NCBI GenBank assembly: GCA_951406725.2
Contig: OX597828.1
Coordinates: forward strand, 3,038,001-3,102,000
Length of the DNA stretch: 64,000 bases
Source of the DNA: Octopus vulgaris
Lineage: Eukaryota
Direction: 5' to 3'
Shown: positions 26,190 to 36,965 of the stretch, piece by piece
How positions within the stretch are numbered: position 1 is the stretch's first letter
How the letters are laid out: each line of letters starts with the position of its first letter
The notes under the pieces: model-generated
What the model was told of the DNA's origin: nothing
The model's input: only the letters and a program-made list of their open reading frames with translations
Database searches by the model: none
Translations under genes and position numbers: made by a program

Positions 26190-27000
26190 TTTTAGTTTTT
26201 ATACGATTAGTCTAGGAATCGGCTTTCAGTTTCGATGATTGCTTTAATGCAGGATCGAAATCTTTGACATGCCTGCACTAAGTGGTCATTATTCATTTCG
26301 GACATCACAGTGACTGCCTTCGTATAGTGACGCTATCGTATTGTGAGGATGTCCATTAATTTCTCTTTCAACAACTCTCTAAGCGTAATAACCCATGGAA
26401 CTTAAATGTAGCGAGTTTAGAGGCCACAAGTTCGGTGTTATATGATCGTGAAGATTGTTAGACATCCATTCTTGGGTTATGCAGTATAGCTTTCAACTGC
26501 GTACTTCATCTATCCAGGATTTAACAACTGCCCCTAGACCTCAACATATATAATAACATTAATTCCGAAACTCTGTGGAAAGATGTGAGGTTGCATGACA
26601 CGAACTTTGCTACCCGCACTTCCAAAAACCATCACAGTTGCTAGAATCACTCTTAAGACATCGAAAAGATCAGCAGATAACTGCCTGTCATTTCTTCTGT
26701 CAGACTTTTGGTCTCGGTCGAAGCTTTCCTCATCAAAGAACTAACGCTTACCATGTTCATTATCTTGTTAAGTAACCGCTGGGCACAGACCAAATTGTTC
26801 TCCTGTGTCTTTGTAGACATGAATTGGATCCTTCATAGCACATACGACATGCATCAAAGTCCTGATTGCCTGCTTCGACACTTGAAGTTGTTGGCGATGG
26901 CCCCTCATTGATTTTCTGAGATCGTCACTGATAATGTTTTGAATCCGCTGGAATAATTACGGTATCTTTATTGTGTTCGAACGCTTAGAGTGTTTTTTCC
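26190..27000 (-). mobile_element. Decayed Tc1/mariner (maT-like) transposase
   Basis: Minus strand TQEWMSNNLHDHITPNLWPLNSL...YYA*RVVEREINGHPHNT, homologous to 34769-35621. Confidence 0.68.
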
Positions 27001-27782
27001 CCTCTTTTAGAACATTTGAAACATTCTCGCAAGAAGCGTTAAATTCCATCAGAACTTTGTGTACAAAAGATCGTGCAACAGTTAAAATGTAGACAATTTC
27101 TAAATAGTTGTTTCTCGCATGTATGGCAACGATGACTGCATGTCTTTTCTGTTATTGTTTTAGCATTTATCTGTCATATAGGATCAGGAAAAAAACAACA
27201 ACAAAAGAACAACAAAATCTTTTAGAGAGTAAATTACAGATAATTAATTGTCCTCAAATGCGCCTTACACCCTGTGTATACGCACACACACACACATAGA
27301 TAGACATACACACGCACACGCACGCACGCGCACACACAGCGACAGACACACCCGCACCCACACACGTACATGTATGCCATCTTGGTAGGGAGAGGTAGAA
27401 GGAAGAAGGAAACGAAAACAAAATGTATATGTGTGTCTGTGGGAGGGCGAGAGAGAGATAGATAGATAGAGACGGGTATGTTCGATTTTTAGTGCTCTCA
27501 AATTTAAACCTAACGAAATCTTGGGCTGATGACGGAAATGTTGATAGGAGTATGTATTTCTAGCATCTCCATAGCTAACTAATCCAGAAACGGCGTTCTC
27601 AAGTAATCGATGTACATGTGATCTTTCGTTATTTTTCCCTTAATTATTTTTGAGTATACATTGTCTGGGAGACTTTTCTTATAGTAAGAGGAAATAGCTA
27701 AAGTTTTTGGCTGCTATTTCTAAAAGTTCGGTGTGTGATAAAGTAAATTTTTTTTACTGAACCCTAATTATATAACGTAATG

Positions 27783-27852
<70 letters not shown>

Positions 27853-28266
27853 TAAAGAGAGGGAGAGAAAGGGTAAGAGCCGACAGGCAGACAAGGAAGC
27901 CAGAATCATATATGGGCTTTTACTGTGTGGGTGAGTAGTGTTATATTTATACGTGCTTTTCCTGCGCATGCGTGCTTTTGCTGTGAATTTATGTAGTTTA
28001 ATCCGAGGATATAAAAATGCAGCAGATATATGATGAAAGTGTTCTAGTTGCGACCATCCCATGTTCTTCATATCTGTCAGGAACCCGCTGTATCCTGGGG
28101 ACTGAGGAGGATATGACCGCTACCTGTAGCAGATGTGCCTACCATGCAAGCATATATAAGACGGTGAGGTAATATTCATCCCCACTTAAATGTGGATCTT
28201 CTGTTTGAACAACTTATACTGCAGCGGATACATGAGAGAACCTCTCATATTGGCTTTTGGTGCACA

Positions 28267-29192
28267 CTTGTTTATGTCACTAGGGGGTGGGGAGATAAAT
28301 CCCCGCCATCTTCAGCGCCGTGACCCCCAGTCACGTGATTTCTACCTTCCTTGGTCTCGTCAATGATGGACACTCGACCGCTAAAGACAGCAATGACTCA
28401 TCTCCCCACCAGCAATATATATAGAAACAGTGTCAGAATAGGCGCTAGAGTTGCGATTAGCTAGCGAACTTGTTAAAAAATAGATATTATTCCTCAGTAT
28501 AGGCGCAGGAGTGGCTGTGTGGTAAGTAGCTTGCTAACCAACCACATGGTTCCGGGTTCAGTCCCACTGCGTGGCATCTTGGGCAAGTGTCTTCTGCTAT
28601 AGCCCCGGGCCGACCAATGCCTTGTGAGTGGATTTGGTAGACGGAAACTGAAAGAAGCCCGTCGTATATATGTATAAATATGTATATGTGTGTGTACGTG
28701 TATGTTTGTGTTTGTCCCCCTAGCATTGCTTGACAACCAATGCTGGTGTGTTTACGTCCCCGTCACTTAGCGGTTCGGCAAAAGAGACCAATAGAATAAG
28801 TACTGGGCTTACAAAAAGAATAAGTCCCGGGGTCGATTTGCTCGACTAAAAGGCGGTGCTCCAGCATGGCCGCAGTCAAATGACTGAAACAAGTAAAAGA
28901 GTAAAGAGTAAAGAGAGTATTGATACTGCGTCTGTCGCTAATATCTATTTATATAAGACAGTGGGTTGTGAGTTGTGTAAGAACTAAGAGGTAAAGTAAT
29001 CATACTGAATCAAGGACCGCATGTTTCTTTTAAGACAGCAGTGTGTGTGACTTGAGAGAGCGTCTGTTCTGGCACTGTTTCTCTAGCGGTGTCCATCATT
29101 GACAAGACCAAGGAAGGTCGAAATCCCTTGATCTGGGGGTCACGGCGCTAGAGATGGCGGGGTTTATCTCCCCACTAGTGACATAAGCAAGC
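28267..29192. mobile_element. Long-TIR (about 120 bp) non-autonomous DNA element interrupted by a SINE
   Basis: CTTGTTTATGTCACTAG..GGGGAGATAAATCCCCGCCATC..GCGCCGTGACCCCCAG..CCTTCCTTGGTCT..TCAATGATGGACAC is mirrored at about 29075-29192. Confidence 0.78.
28501..28915 (+). mobile_element. SINE family A, young full-length copy with possible AGTAT TSD
   Basis: A box TGGCTGTGTGG, B box GGTTCAGTCCC, CORE-like CTTGGGCAAGT, internal microsatellite and (GAGTAAA)n tail. AGTAT at 28496-28500 and 28916-28920. Confidence 0.9.
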
Positions 29193-29790
29193 AGTCACCG
29201 CTGTTTGTCTATCTGTGTAAGTATTCTTGTGGTTTAGCTGAAGCTAAGCTGTTGTGGAGTAGACATATGATGAAAACTATACCAACCGTGATCATACCAT
29301 GTTGTTCGTAAGTGCGTGTGTGTGTATGTGTATGTGTGTGTATGTGAGCGTGCGCGCGTATTGTGCTATATTGTCTGTGGGTGTCAGTTTATAGAAAGCT
29401 AAAAAACGACAAAATAAACTCGGTTATTAGAATAGATTCACCGATTACTCACCATATATACAATTCAATGTCACTGTAAGAAGCCTGTAAAGAAGCATCA
29501 GTCATATTTTGGTTTCTGTATAATGCGTTGTCTAGTCGCTTTCGACAGACACGTTGCTACATACACAATCATTTATGTGTGAAACGTGCGCGCGCACACA
29601 CACATACGCACACACACACACACGCATGGTTCAAAATTGTGTGTGTACATCAAGCACACATACATATGAACATGCATACACATACGTACACACATAAGCA
29701 TGTGTCAAAACTGTGTGTATATATTTATATGTATTTATATATACATGCATACACACACACACACACACATATATATATGTATATATATAT

Positions 29791-30188
29791 AGGCGCAGGA
29801 GTGGCTGTGTGGTAAGTAGATTGTTTACCAACCACATGGTACCGGGTTCAGTACCACTGCGTGGCACCTTGGGCAAGTGTCTTCTACTATAGCCTCGGGC
29901 CGACCAAAGCCTTGTGAGTGGATTTGGTAGACGGAAACTGAAAGAAGACGTATATGTATATGTGTGTGTACGTGTATGTTTGTGTTTGTCCCCATTGCTT
30001 GACAACCGATGCTGGAATGTTTATGTCCCCGTCACTTAGCGGTTCGGCAAAAGAGATCGATAGAATAAGTACTGGGCTTACAAAGAATAAATCCCGGGGT
30101 CGAGTTGCTCGATTAAAGGTGGTGCTCCAGCATGGCCGCAGTCAAATGACTGAAACAAGTAAAAGAGTAAAAGAGAGAGTAAAAGAGA
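29791..30188 (+). mobile_element. SINE family A, full length
   Basis: Close match to 28501-28915; its tail abuts the (TA)n that holds the retrozyme-like arrays. Confidence 0.9.
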
Positions 30189-30362
30189 TATATATATATA
30201 TATATAACATAAGGGACTAAAGCCATCTGAATATGGCTAGGGACAGGGCAGGGTGGTGGGGGTGTTACTGTTGCATTTAGCCCCAGGCGAACATCGACGT
30301 CACCAGAAAGGCCCGACACCGTCACGGTGTCCTTAACCTGCAAAGGGAGGTAATTCCCCGAT

Positions 30363-30436
30363 GAAGCGGAAACCACACACGGACCATGGTTTCAAGGTGT
30401 ATTGCCTATCGTCGGCGTGTGGTAGGCTTCCGCTTC
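30363..30436 (-). ncRNA. Type I hammerhead ribozyme, array A copy 1
   Basis: Reverse complement of 31220-31293. Confidence 0.8.
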
Positions 30437-30718
30437 CTCGACGAATTCTCACTCTGCAGGATATTCATATATAGATTTTCAAGCAAAATACATTTGCTGA
30501 TTTCGAAAATCTGTTCGAAAGCAATAATAATTCTCTAAAAGAGATATAGACAGTAACTGCTCGATAACATAAGGGACTAAAGCGATCTGAATATGGCTAG
30601 GGACAGGGCAGGGTGGTGGGGGTGTTACTGTTGCATTTAGCCCCAGGCGAACATCGACGTCACCAGAAAGGCCCGACACCGTCACGGTGTCCTAACCTGC
30701 AAAGGGAGGTAATTCGAT

Positions 30719-30792
30719 GAAGCGGAAACCACACACGGACCATGGTTTCAAGGTGTATTGCCTATCGTCGGCGTGTGGTAGGCTTCCGCTTC
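30719..30792 (-). ncRNA. Type I hammerhead ribozyme, array A copy 2
   Basis: Reverse complement of 31220-31293. Confidence 0.8.
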
Positions 30793-31219
30793 CTCGACGA
30801 ATTCTCACTCTGCAGGATATTCATATATAGATTTTCAAGCAAAATACATTTGCTGATTTCGAAAATCTGTTCGAAAGCAATAATAATTCTCTAAAAGAGA
30901 TATAGACAGTAACTGCTCGATAACATAAGGGACCTAAAGCCATCCGAATATGGCAAGGGACAGGGCAGTGGTGGGGGTGTTACTGTTGCATTTAGCCCCA
31001 GGCGAACATCGACGTCAAAATGCAACAGTAACACCCCCACCACCCTGCCCTGTCCCTAGCCATATTCAGATGGCTTTAGTCCCTTATGTTATCGAGCAGT
31101 TACTGTCTATATCTCTTTTAGAGAATTATTATTGCTTTCGAACAGATTTTCGAAATCAGCAAATGTATTTTGCTTGAAAATCTATATATGAATATCCTGC
31201 AGAGTGAGAATTCGTCGAG

Positions 31220-31293
31220 GAAGCGGAAGCCTACCACACGCCGACGATAGGCAATACACCTTGAAACCATGGTCCGTGTGTGGTTTCCGCTTC
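31220..31293 (+). ncRNA. Type I hammerhead ribozyme, array A (core variant CCGACGA, GUC site)
   Basis: GAAGCGGAA-GCCUAC-CACACG / CCGACGA (31241-47) / U-AGG-CAAUACA-CCU-U / GAAA (31263-66) / CCAUGG / UC, cut predicted after 31274 / CGUGUG-UGGU-UUCCGCUUC. Confidence 0.82.
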
Positions 31294-31577
31294 ATCGGGG
31301 AATTACCTCCCCTTTGCAGGTTAAGGACACCGTGACGGTGTCGGGCCTTTCTGGTGACGTCGATGTTCGCCTGGGGCTAAATGCAACAGTAACACCCCCA
31401 CCACCCTGCCCTGTCCCTAGCCATATTCAGATGGCTTTAGTCCCTTATGTTATCGAAATTCTTCCCGGCATGCCCGTGTAAATTTTGCGTCTGCGCAGAG
31501 ATTTGAAAAGTTAAGATCTGCTAGTAGTCGGGTTTAACATATAGCCCCACATCGCTGCAGACCTCGATTAAATTCAG

Positions 31578-31657
31578 GCGACTCGCTGATGAAGCCAGCC
31601 TTAGCAAACATATTCTGTGTTTTGCTAGAAAGAAGCAGAAAGCGCGGTACGAGTTGT
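31578..31657 (+). ncRNA. Type I hammerhead ribozyme, array B copy 1 (stem III point change)
   Basis: GCGACUCG-CUGAUGA-stem II-GAAA-GCGCGG-UA-CGAGUUGU. G replaces C at the base of stem III. Confidence 0.68.
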
Positions 31658-32025
31658 TAAAATTATCGGTAAACGTTTTTGATTTTCACTCTCGATAAAT
31701 TCATCCCCTCTTTGTGTTCCCAGCACTTGGCATCTTTATTTAGGAGCCTTTAATTGTATAACCACATGAATAATATTTTTCTATATGAATAATATTTTCG
31801 TCTTATGACTAATTCGTCTTTTGTGCTGGGCACCTGGTTGTAAATAATATTACTACCCTTCTTGTTTATATTCGCATACTACATGATGAATTTATTCGTA
31901 AAATTCTTCCCGGCATGCCCGTGTAAATTTTGCGTCTGCGCAGAGATTTGAAAAGTTAAGATCTGCTAGTAGTCGGGTTTAACATATAGCCCCACATCGC
32001 TGCAGACCTCGATTAAATTCAGGCG

Positions 32026-32100
32026 ACTCGCTGATGAAGCCAGCCTTAGCAAACATATTCTGTGTTTTGTTAGAAAGGAAGCAGAAACCGCGGTACGAGT
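32026..32100 (+). ncRNA. Type I hammerhead ribozyme, array B copy 2
   Basis: ACUCG-CUGAUGA (32031-37)-stem II-GAAA (32084-87)-CCGCGG-UA-CGAGU. Palindromic stem III ACCGCGGU. Confidence 0.8.
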
Positions 32101-32264
32101 AGTTAAAATTATCGGTAAACGTTTTTGATTTTCACTCTCGATAAATTCATCCCCTCTTTGTGTTCCCAGCACTTGGCATCTTTATTTAGGAGCCTTTAAT
32201 TGTATGTATATGTATATATATATCATATCAATACTAACTATGACTTAATTTTTCCTCTCACACC

Positions 32265-32319
32265 GTCTCCGATGAAGGGACATTATTATTAATTAATATC
32301 CTGGAAACAGCTGTAAGAT
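32265..32319 (+). ncRNA. Type I hammerhead motif (core variant CCGAUGA) in a roughly 170-bp solo cassette at 32222-32392
   Basis: GUCU-CCGAUGA-AGGGACAUUA...UAAUAUCCUG-GAAA-CAGCUG-UA-AGAU. Confidence 0.72.
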
Positions 32320-32389
32320 CTTCTATCTATAAATGCTCTAATATCATACAGCCTTGGTTTTTTTTCATCTCATTGCGCAAAAAATTGAT

Positions 32390-32467
<78 letters not shown>

Positions 32468-32649
32468 CCATAGTTACTTCACAGGTAAATTCTTTGAAGA
32501 AAAGACTGTGAAATAGACTTGAGATTGCATCTGTACAAGCTCTGTCTATTCTGGTTTCGAGCAGTCACTGCACATTTTGTTCAGCTACTGCGCATGTGCA
32601 GCCCGTAGTAGTGTCAGAAATATATTTTTCATTATAATGTAACGACATA

Positions 32650-32820
32650 AGGCGGCGAGCTGGCGGAATCGCTAAGTACGCCGAACAAAATGCTTAGCGG
32701 TATTTTGTCCTTCTTTAAGTCCTGAGTTCAAATTTCGCTGAGGCAGAATTTCCCTTTCATTCTTTCGGGGTCGATAAAATATTTACCAGTCAAGTACTGG
32801 GGTCAATGTAATCGACCCTG
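32650..32820 (+). mobile_element. SINE family B
   Basis: GGCGGCGAGCTGGCGGAA head, GAGTTCAAAT B-box-like motif, TTTCATTCTTTCGGGGTCGATAAA core. Confidence 0.8.
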
Positions 32821-32851
32821 CACCAAAACTCACACCATATGATATAGTGGC

Positions 32852-32882
<31 letters not shown>

Positions 32883-32958
32883 CATACATACATACATACA
32901 TACATACATACATACATACATGCATACATACATGCAAAATTTTTATATATATATTATT

Positions 32959-33091
32959 TTTATCTGTAAATGTAATATGGAACAATTATTCGGTAGCCAT
33001 GATAAAACACCGAGTTTCGGATGCCGAGTTGGAAGCTCGGAGTTTTGTCATGGTTACCGAATAATTGTCACATATTACATTTACAGATAAA
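32959..33091. repeat. Fold-back with 60-bp arms and a 13-bp spacer, between microsatellites
   Basis: 32959-33018 vs 33032-33091, with several mismatches. Confidence 0.88.
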
Positions 33092-33151
33092 TTCCTCTAT
33101 TTACATAAAATCGAGGTCTCTTTCATTCTTTTGTTGTCTTACCATTTCTAT

Positions 33152-33191
<40 letters not shown>

Positions 33192-33193
33192 AT

Positions 33194-33231
<38 letters not shown>

Positions 33232-33579
33232 ACACACATATATATATATATATGTATATATGAATTTTTATCTATCTATACATGCATACATACATAATAC
33301 ATACATATGTATGTATATATGAATTTGCATGTATGCATTATCTAAGTATACGTATATATATATGTAAATAGGTGTGTTCGTATGGATGTTTGGCTTTGCG
33401 AGTGAAGGGGGATGTCCACGCATGCTGCTGGCTTGCTGAGCTCGATGAGTTCAATACGGAAAAAGTAACTGCTTGGAAAGATGGGCTAGTCATAGTGCCC
33501 TTGTTTTCTCTCCTTTTTCTGTTGTGTGCAAGGATGGTCCAGCACTTGGTTTCAAAGGAGGCTGTTTCCCAATAGACAT

Positions 33580-33790
33580 TGAGACATCAGGCTTTATGGT
33601 GAGTTATCAGAGGATGTGCAGATTAGTTACGGTTCAGTTCAGCCCATTACGACTGAAGATTTGGGTATGAGACGTGTGTCTGCCAAGTTTGTGCCAAAAC
33701 CGCTTTCAGCTGACCCCAAAAGACACTCGGGTCTTAGTTGTACAAGATAACCTTGATTGTGTCGAGAACGATAGGAACTTTTTGAGCAGG
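33580..33790 (+). mobile_element. Mariner transposase fragment
   Basis: ELSEDVQISYGSVQPITTEDLGMRRVSAKFVPKPLS, the mariner WVPxxL-linker region. Confidence 0.7.
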
Positions 33791-34213
33791 TTAGAAAACT
33801 GTTAGAAAGCGGTTAGAAAACTGTTAGAAACCTGTGAAAACACAATAATAATATACACGTGCTGAAACACTTTCAATGTAAGGGAGATAACAATTAAAAA
33901 ATTCTGATAAATGATTTGCTCTGATCTGTGTAATTCAAAAATGCACATTGTCCCGCATTATCTCATGTATTCTCATCCAAAATGGAGACGGTTGCCAGCA
34001 TTCTCGAATGTATCGTTTGAAGTTGTGGAGACTGTTTCTTCATGAGACCATTGGTTGTCTTGTTAATCCATAAATAAAGTGCGTGTGTGTGTATATGTGT
34101 ATGTAAATGTATATACATTTACACACGCACATATATGCCTATACGTGCATGTACATACATACATATATATATACATACATACATACATACATATATACAT
34201 ATATATATATATC

Positions 34214-34276
<63 letters not shown>

Positions 34277-34344
34277 ATATATATATAGATAGAGAGAGAG
34301 AGAGAGAAAAAGACAGAGAGACAGAGATGTATATATGCATGTAT

Positions 34345-34380
<36 letters not shown>

Positions 34381-34768
34381 ATATATATACGCATACATAT
34401 ACATATATGAACATGCATATATATATATATATATATTTGTTCACACAGACTTACTTACAGATAAAGAAAGAAACGGCGAGAAAGGAATATTGTCAATCAA
34501 ATGACAAACGGTGAACTGTGAATGAATGGCAGTTCTATTTAAACAGGCGATGTATTTTTATTGGAGCGACAGCAAAACGTCATATTTTAATGTGGAATTC
34601 TCTCAATGCAGCCCACTATTCCTGACATTGATTATTTACTCGTTTCTTGCCAATATCTTAATTTGTTCTGCAGCCTGTTCTTTTATTCGTAACATTTGTT
34701 GTAAGTACGTGAATGTGTATGTGTGTGTGTGCATGTGTGTGCAGTATGATCCTGCATATGTATATATA

Positions 34769-35621
34769 TAGCGTGCGATGGGTAAATTGTCACCATTTCA
34801 TATTTTTAATTTCGCGCATTGCTTGTTTTTGATTTTGTCGACTACACTGTATAGTAGGGTCTGTTGGGCACCGTCTGTGAGAGAAACAGTACCATGACGC
34901 AATTCACTCTGCCAGAAATTTGGAAACGACATGCTGTACTGCTGGGCACTCGCGCTGGAAGCTCCATTACGAACATTTCAGAGTGTCTGGGTGTCAATCT
35001 GAGGACATGTACCGAGAGTGATAAAAATCAAATATCCAGTTAACATTATGATGTTTGGAGTGAACACTAGTGATGGCGACGTTGTGTCTTCATTCATCTT
35101 TTCTCACTGCCCCAGACTCAACACAGAGGCCTACATCAAGAGCCTGGAGGAGATTGTCCTGCCCCGGGTCAAGAGAGTAGCTTCTGGAAGACCCTATGTC
35201 TGACAACAGGACTCTGTACCATGCCACACAAGCAAGAGAACCCAGTCATGGCTGTCAGACAATTTCTGCGATCATATCGCCCCTAACATCTGGCTACCTA
35301 ACTCCCCTGATTGCAACCCCCTTGATTATTATGTGTGGGGCGCAGTTGTGCGAAAGACCAGCAAAACTCCTTGTAGCACCAACAATGAACTGAAGGCAAG
35401 GATTATGGCAGCATTCACCGACATAAAAAAGGAGATCGCCTAGAAGAGTTGCAGGAGATGCCGAAGTCATCTAGAGGCCAATGGCGATTTTATTGAGTAA
35501 ATTTACTCTTTAGCATTTCAAGGTATTTTATGTAATTTCGGTAAATATATCTGTTAAAATGAGCTGTGAGTGTTATTTTCATTTTTGCATTATTTAGACG
35601 ACACTTTATTCACCGCACCTG
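34769..35621 (+). mobile_element. Internally deleted DD37D (maT-type) Tc1/mariner element
   Basis: Imperfect TIRs GTGCGATGGGTAAATTGTC and GACACTTTATTCACCGCACCTG|TA. QQD-x37-D spacing counted in QQDSVPCHTSKRTQSWLSDNFCDHIAPNIWLPNSPDCNPLD. Confidence 0.85.
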
Positions 35622-35704
35622 TATATACATACATACATACATACATACATACATACATACATACATACATACATACATACATACATACATACATACATAC
35701 ATAC

Positions 35705-35737
<33 letters not shown>

Positions 35738-35775
35738 TACACACACATATATATGCATTTATTTATGCATATATG

Positions 35776-35821
<46 letters not shown>

Positions 35822-36109
35822 GTATGTATGTATGTGTGTGTGTATACATATATATATTAAAAAAGGAAAATACGCACACTTACATAGTTTTAATATAATT
35901 TTTAATATATCGACCGGTTTCGCTATCACTATTCATGATATTGTGTTTTACTTATTTGAATATATATTTTTTCTTAAGAAGAAATTTGGTCCATGTTGTG
36001 TGTGATGAAATTCACGAGTAAATGACTTCACAAGTTGATAAATAAAGGGAGGTAATTGGTTGTCGTTATTATTGTTATTGTTGTGGGTAAGGGAGATAAA
36101 TGTTCAGCT

Positions 36110-36965
36110 TTCGGTAATGGACACAGAACACTATAAAAAACTAGTACTTTCCATACTAGAAAACGAAGCTTTCTACGAAAAAATTATAAACTATAAACAA
36201 CAAAAAACATCCTTAATTCTTCTACATGGAAAAGGCCTGACAGAAAAAGAAACACGAACTTCAAATGTAAACTCAGTCTTTTTTACGGCCTCCCTAAAAT
36301 ACACAAGAGCAAGATAATCAATGAAGCCTGCAAACAATCACCAGGCAAATATATAAATATCCAAACGCCAGAAGACTTGACTTTAAGACCCATTGTAGCT
36401 GGGCCGGCCTGTGAAACCCACCGCCTAAGCAATTTTCTAGACATCCTACTGAAACCCTTGCTGAAATACATCAAAAGCTTCATTAGGGATGGTTTAGACA
36501 TGTTAGAACACCTACCAAAAACGATTAATGAAGAGGCAATATTGGTTACCCTCGATGTTATCAATTTTTACACCAACATCCTCCATGACTATGGAATAAA
36601 AGCAATTAAATTCTGGTTGGAAAAGTAGCCCGAAGTCCTCCCGGAACGCATAAACCAGATCTTTATTATTGAATCCTTAAAATTTATACTTCAGAAGAAT
36701 TATTTCCTATTTGATGACACATACCATCGTCAGAAATGCGGAATTGTGATGGGGACGAAAGCAGCTCCTGTTCTTGCGAACCTAATAATGGGTTATTTTG
36801 AATTCACCTTATATGAAATATCACTTCAGAAATATGGTTATCCATTTTACCTCTACATAAGAGAAAATTGGAAGCGATACCTGGATGACTGCTTTATCAT
36901 CCGGAAGGAGAACATCGACAAACTTTTGGATTTCAAAACAACACTAAATGACATAAATAGTAACT
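36110..36965 (+). pseudogene. Penelope-like element reverse transcriptase, decayed
   Basis: FYGLPKIHK...LRPIVAGPACETHRLSNFLDILLKP...LVTLDVINFYTNI...Q.CGIVMGTKAAPVLANLIMG...WKRYLDDCF, with a frameshift and a stop at 36626-36628. Confidence 0.9.

Larger units (their letters stand above)
30204..31456. mobile_element. Retrozyme-like tandem array A: about 360-bp monomers, 2.3 copies minus then 1.2 copies plus (head-to-head)
   Basis: Unit starts at 30204, 30564 and 30920; inversion at 31017/31018; period 361 in the right arm. One HHR per full monomer. Confidence 0.88.
31456..32205 (+). mobile_element. Retrozyme-like tandem array B: 445-bp monomer, about 1.7 copies
   Basis: AAATTCTTCCCGGCATGCCCG starts at 31456 and 31901. 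The copies are nearly identical and each has one HHR. Confidence 0.85.

Noticed and set aside
28501-28570. tRNA genes at SINE heads (also 4977 and 44719)
   Set aside because: A and B boxes are present but no complete cloverleaf, and each continues into a SINE body.
31310-31390. Possible HDV-like ribozyme or LINE tail at CCTGGGGCTAAATGCAAC
   Set aside because: Could not build P3/L3/P1.1, and the match to a repeat end near 7900 is only about 11 nt.
30113-31481. Repeated 68-87 aa ORFs containing NATVTPPPPCPVPSH in array A
   Set aside because: Starts and frames differ between copies because of indels, and there is no recognisable domain. RNA structure explains the unit better, although translation of a circle is not excluded.
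30204-32205. CRISPR-like or simple satellite reading of the arrays
   Set aside because: No short repeat with unique spacers, eukaryotic context, and each unit contains a ribozyme fold.
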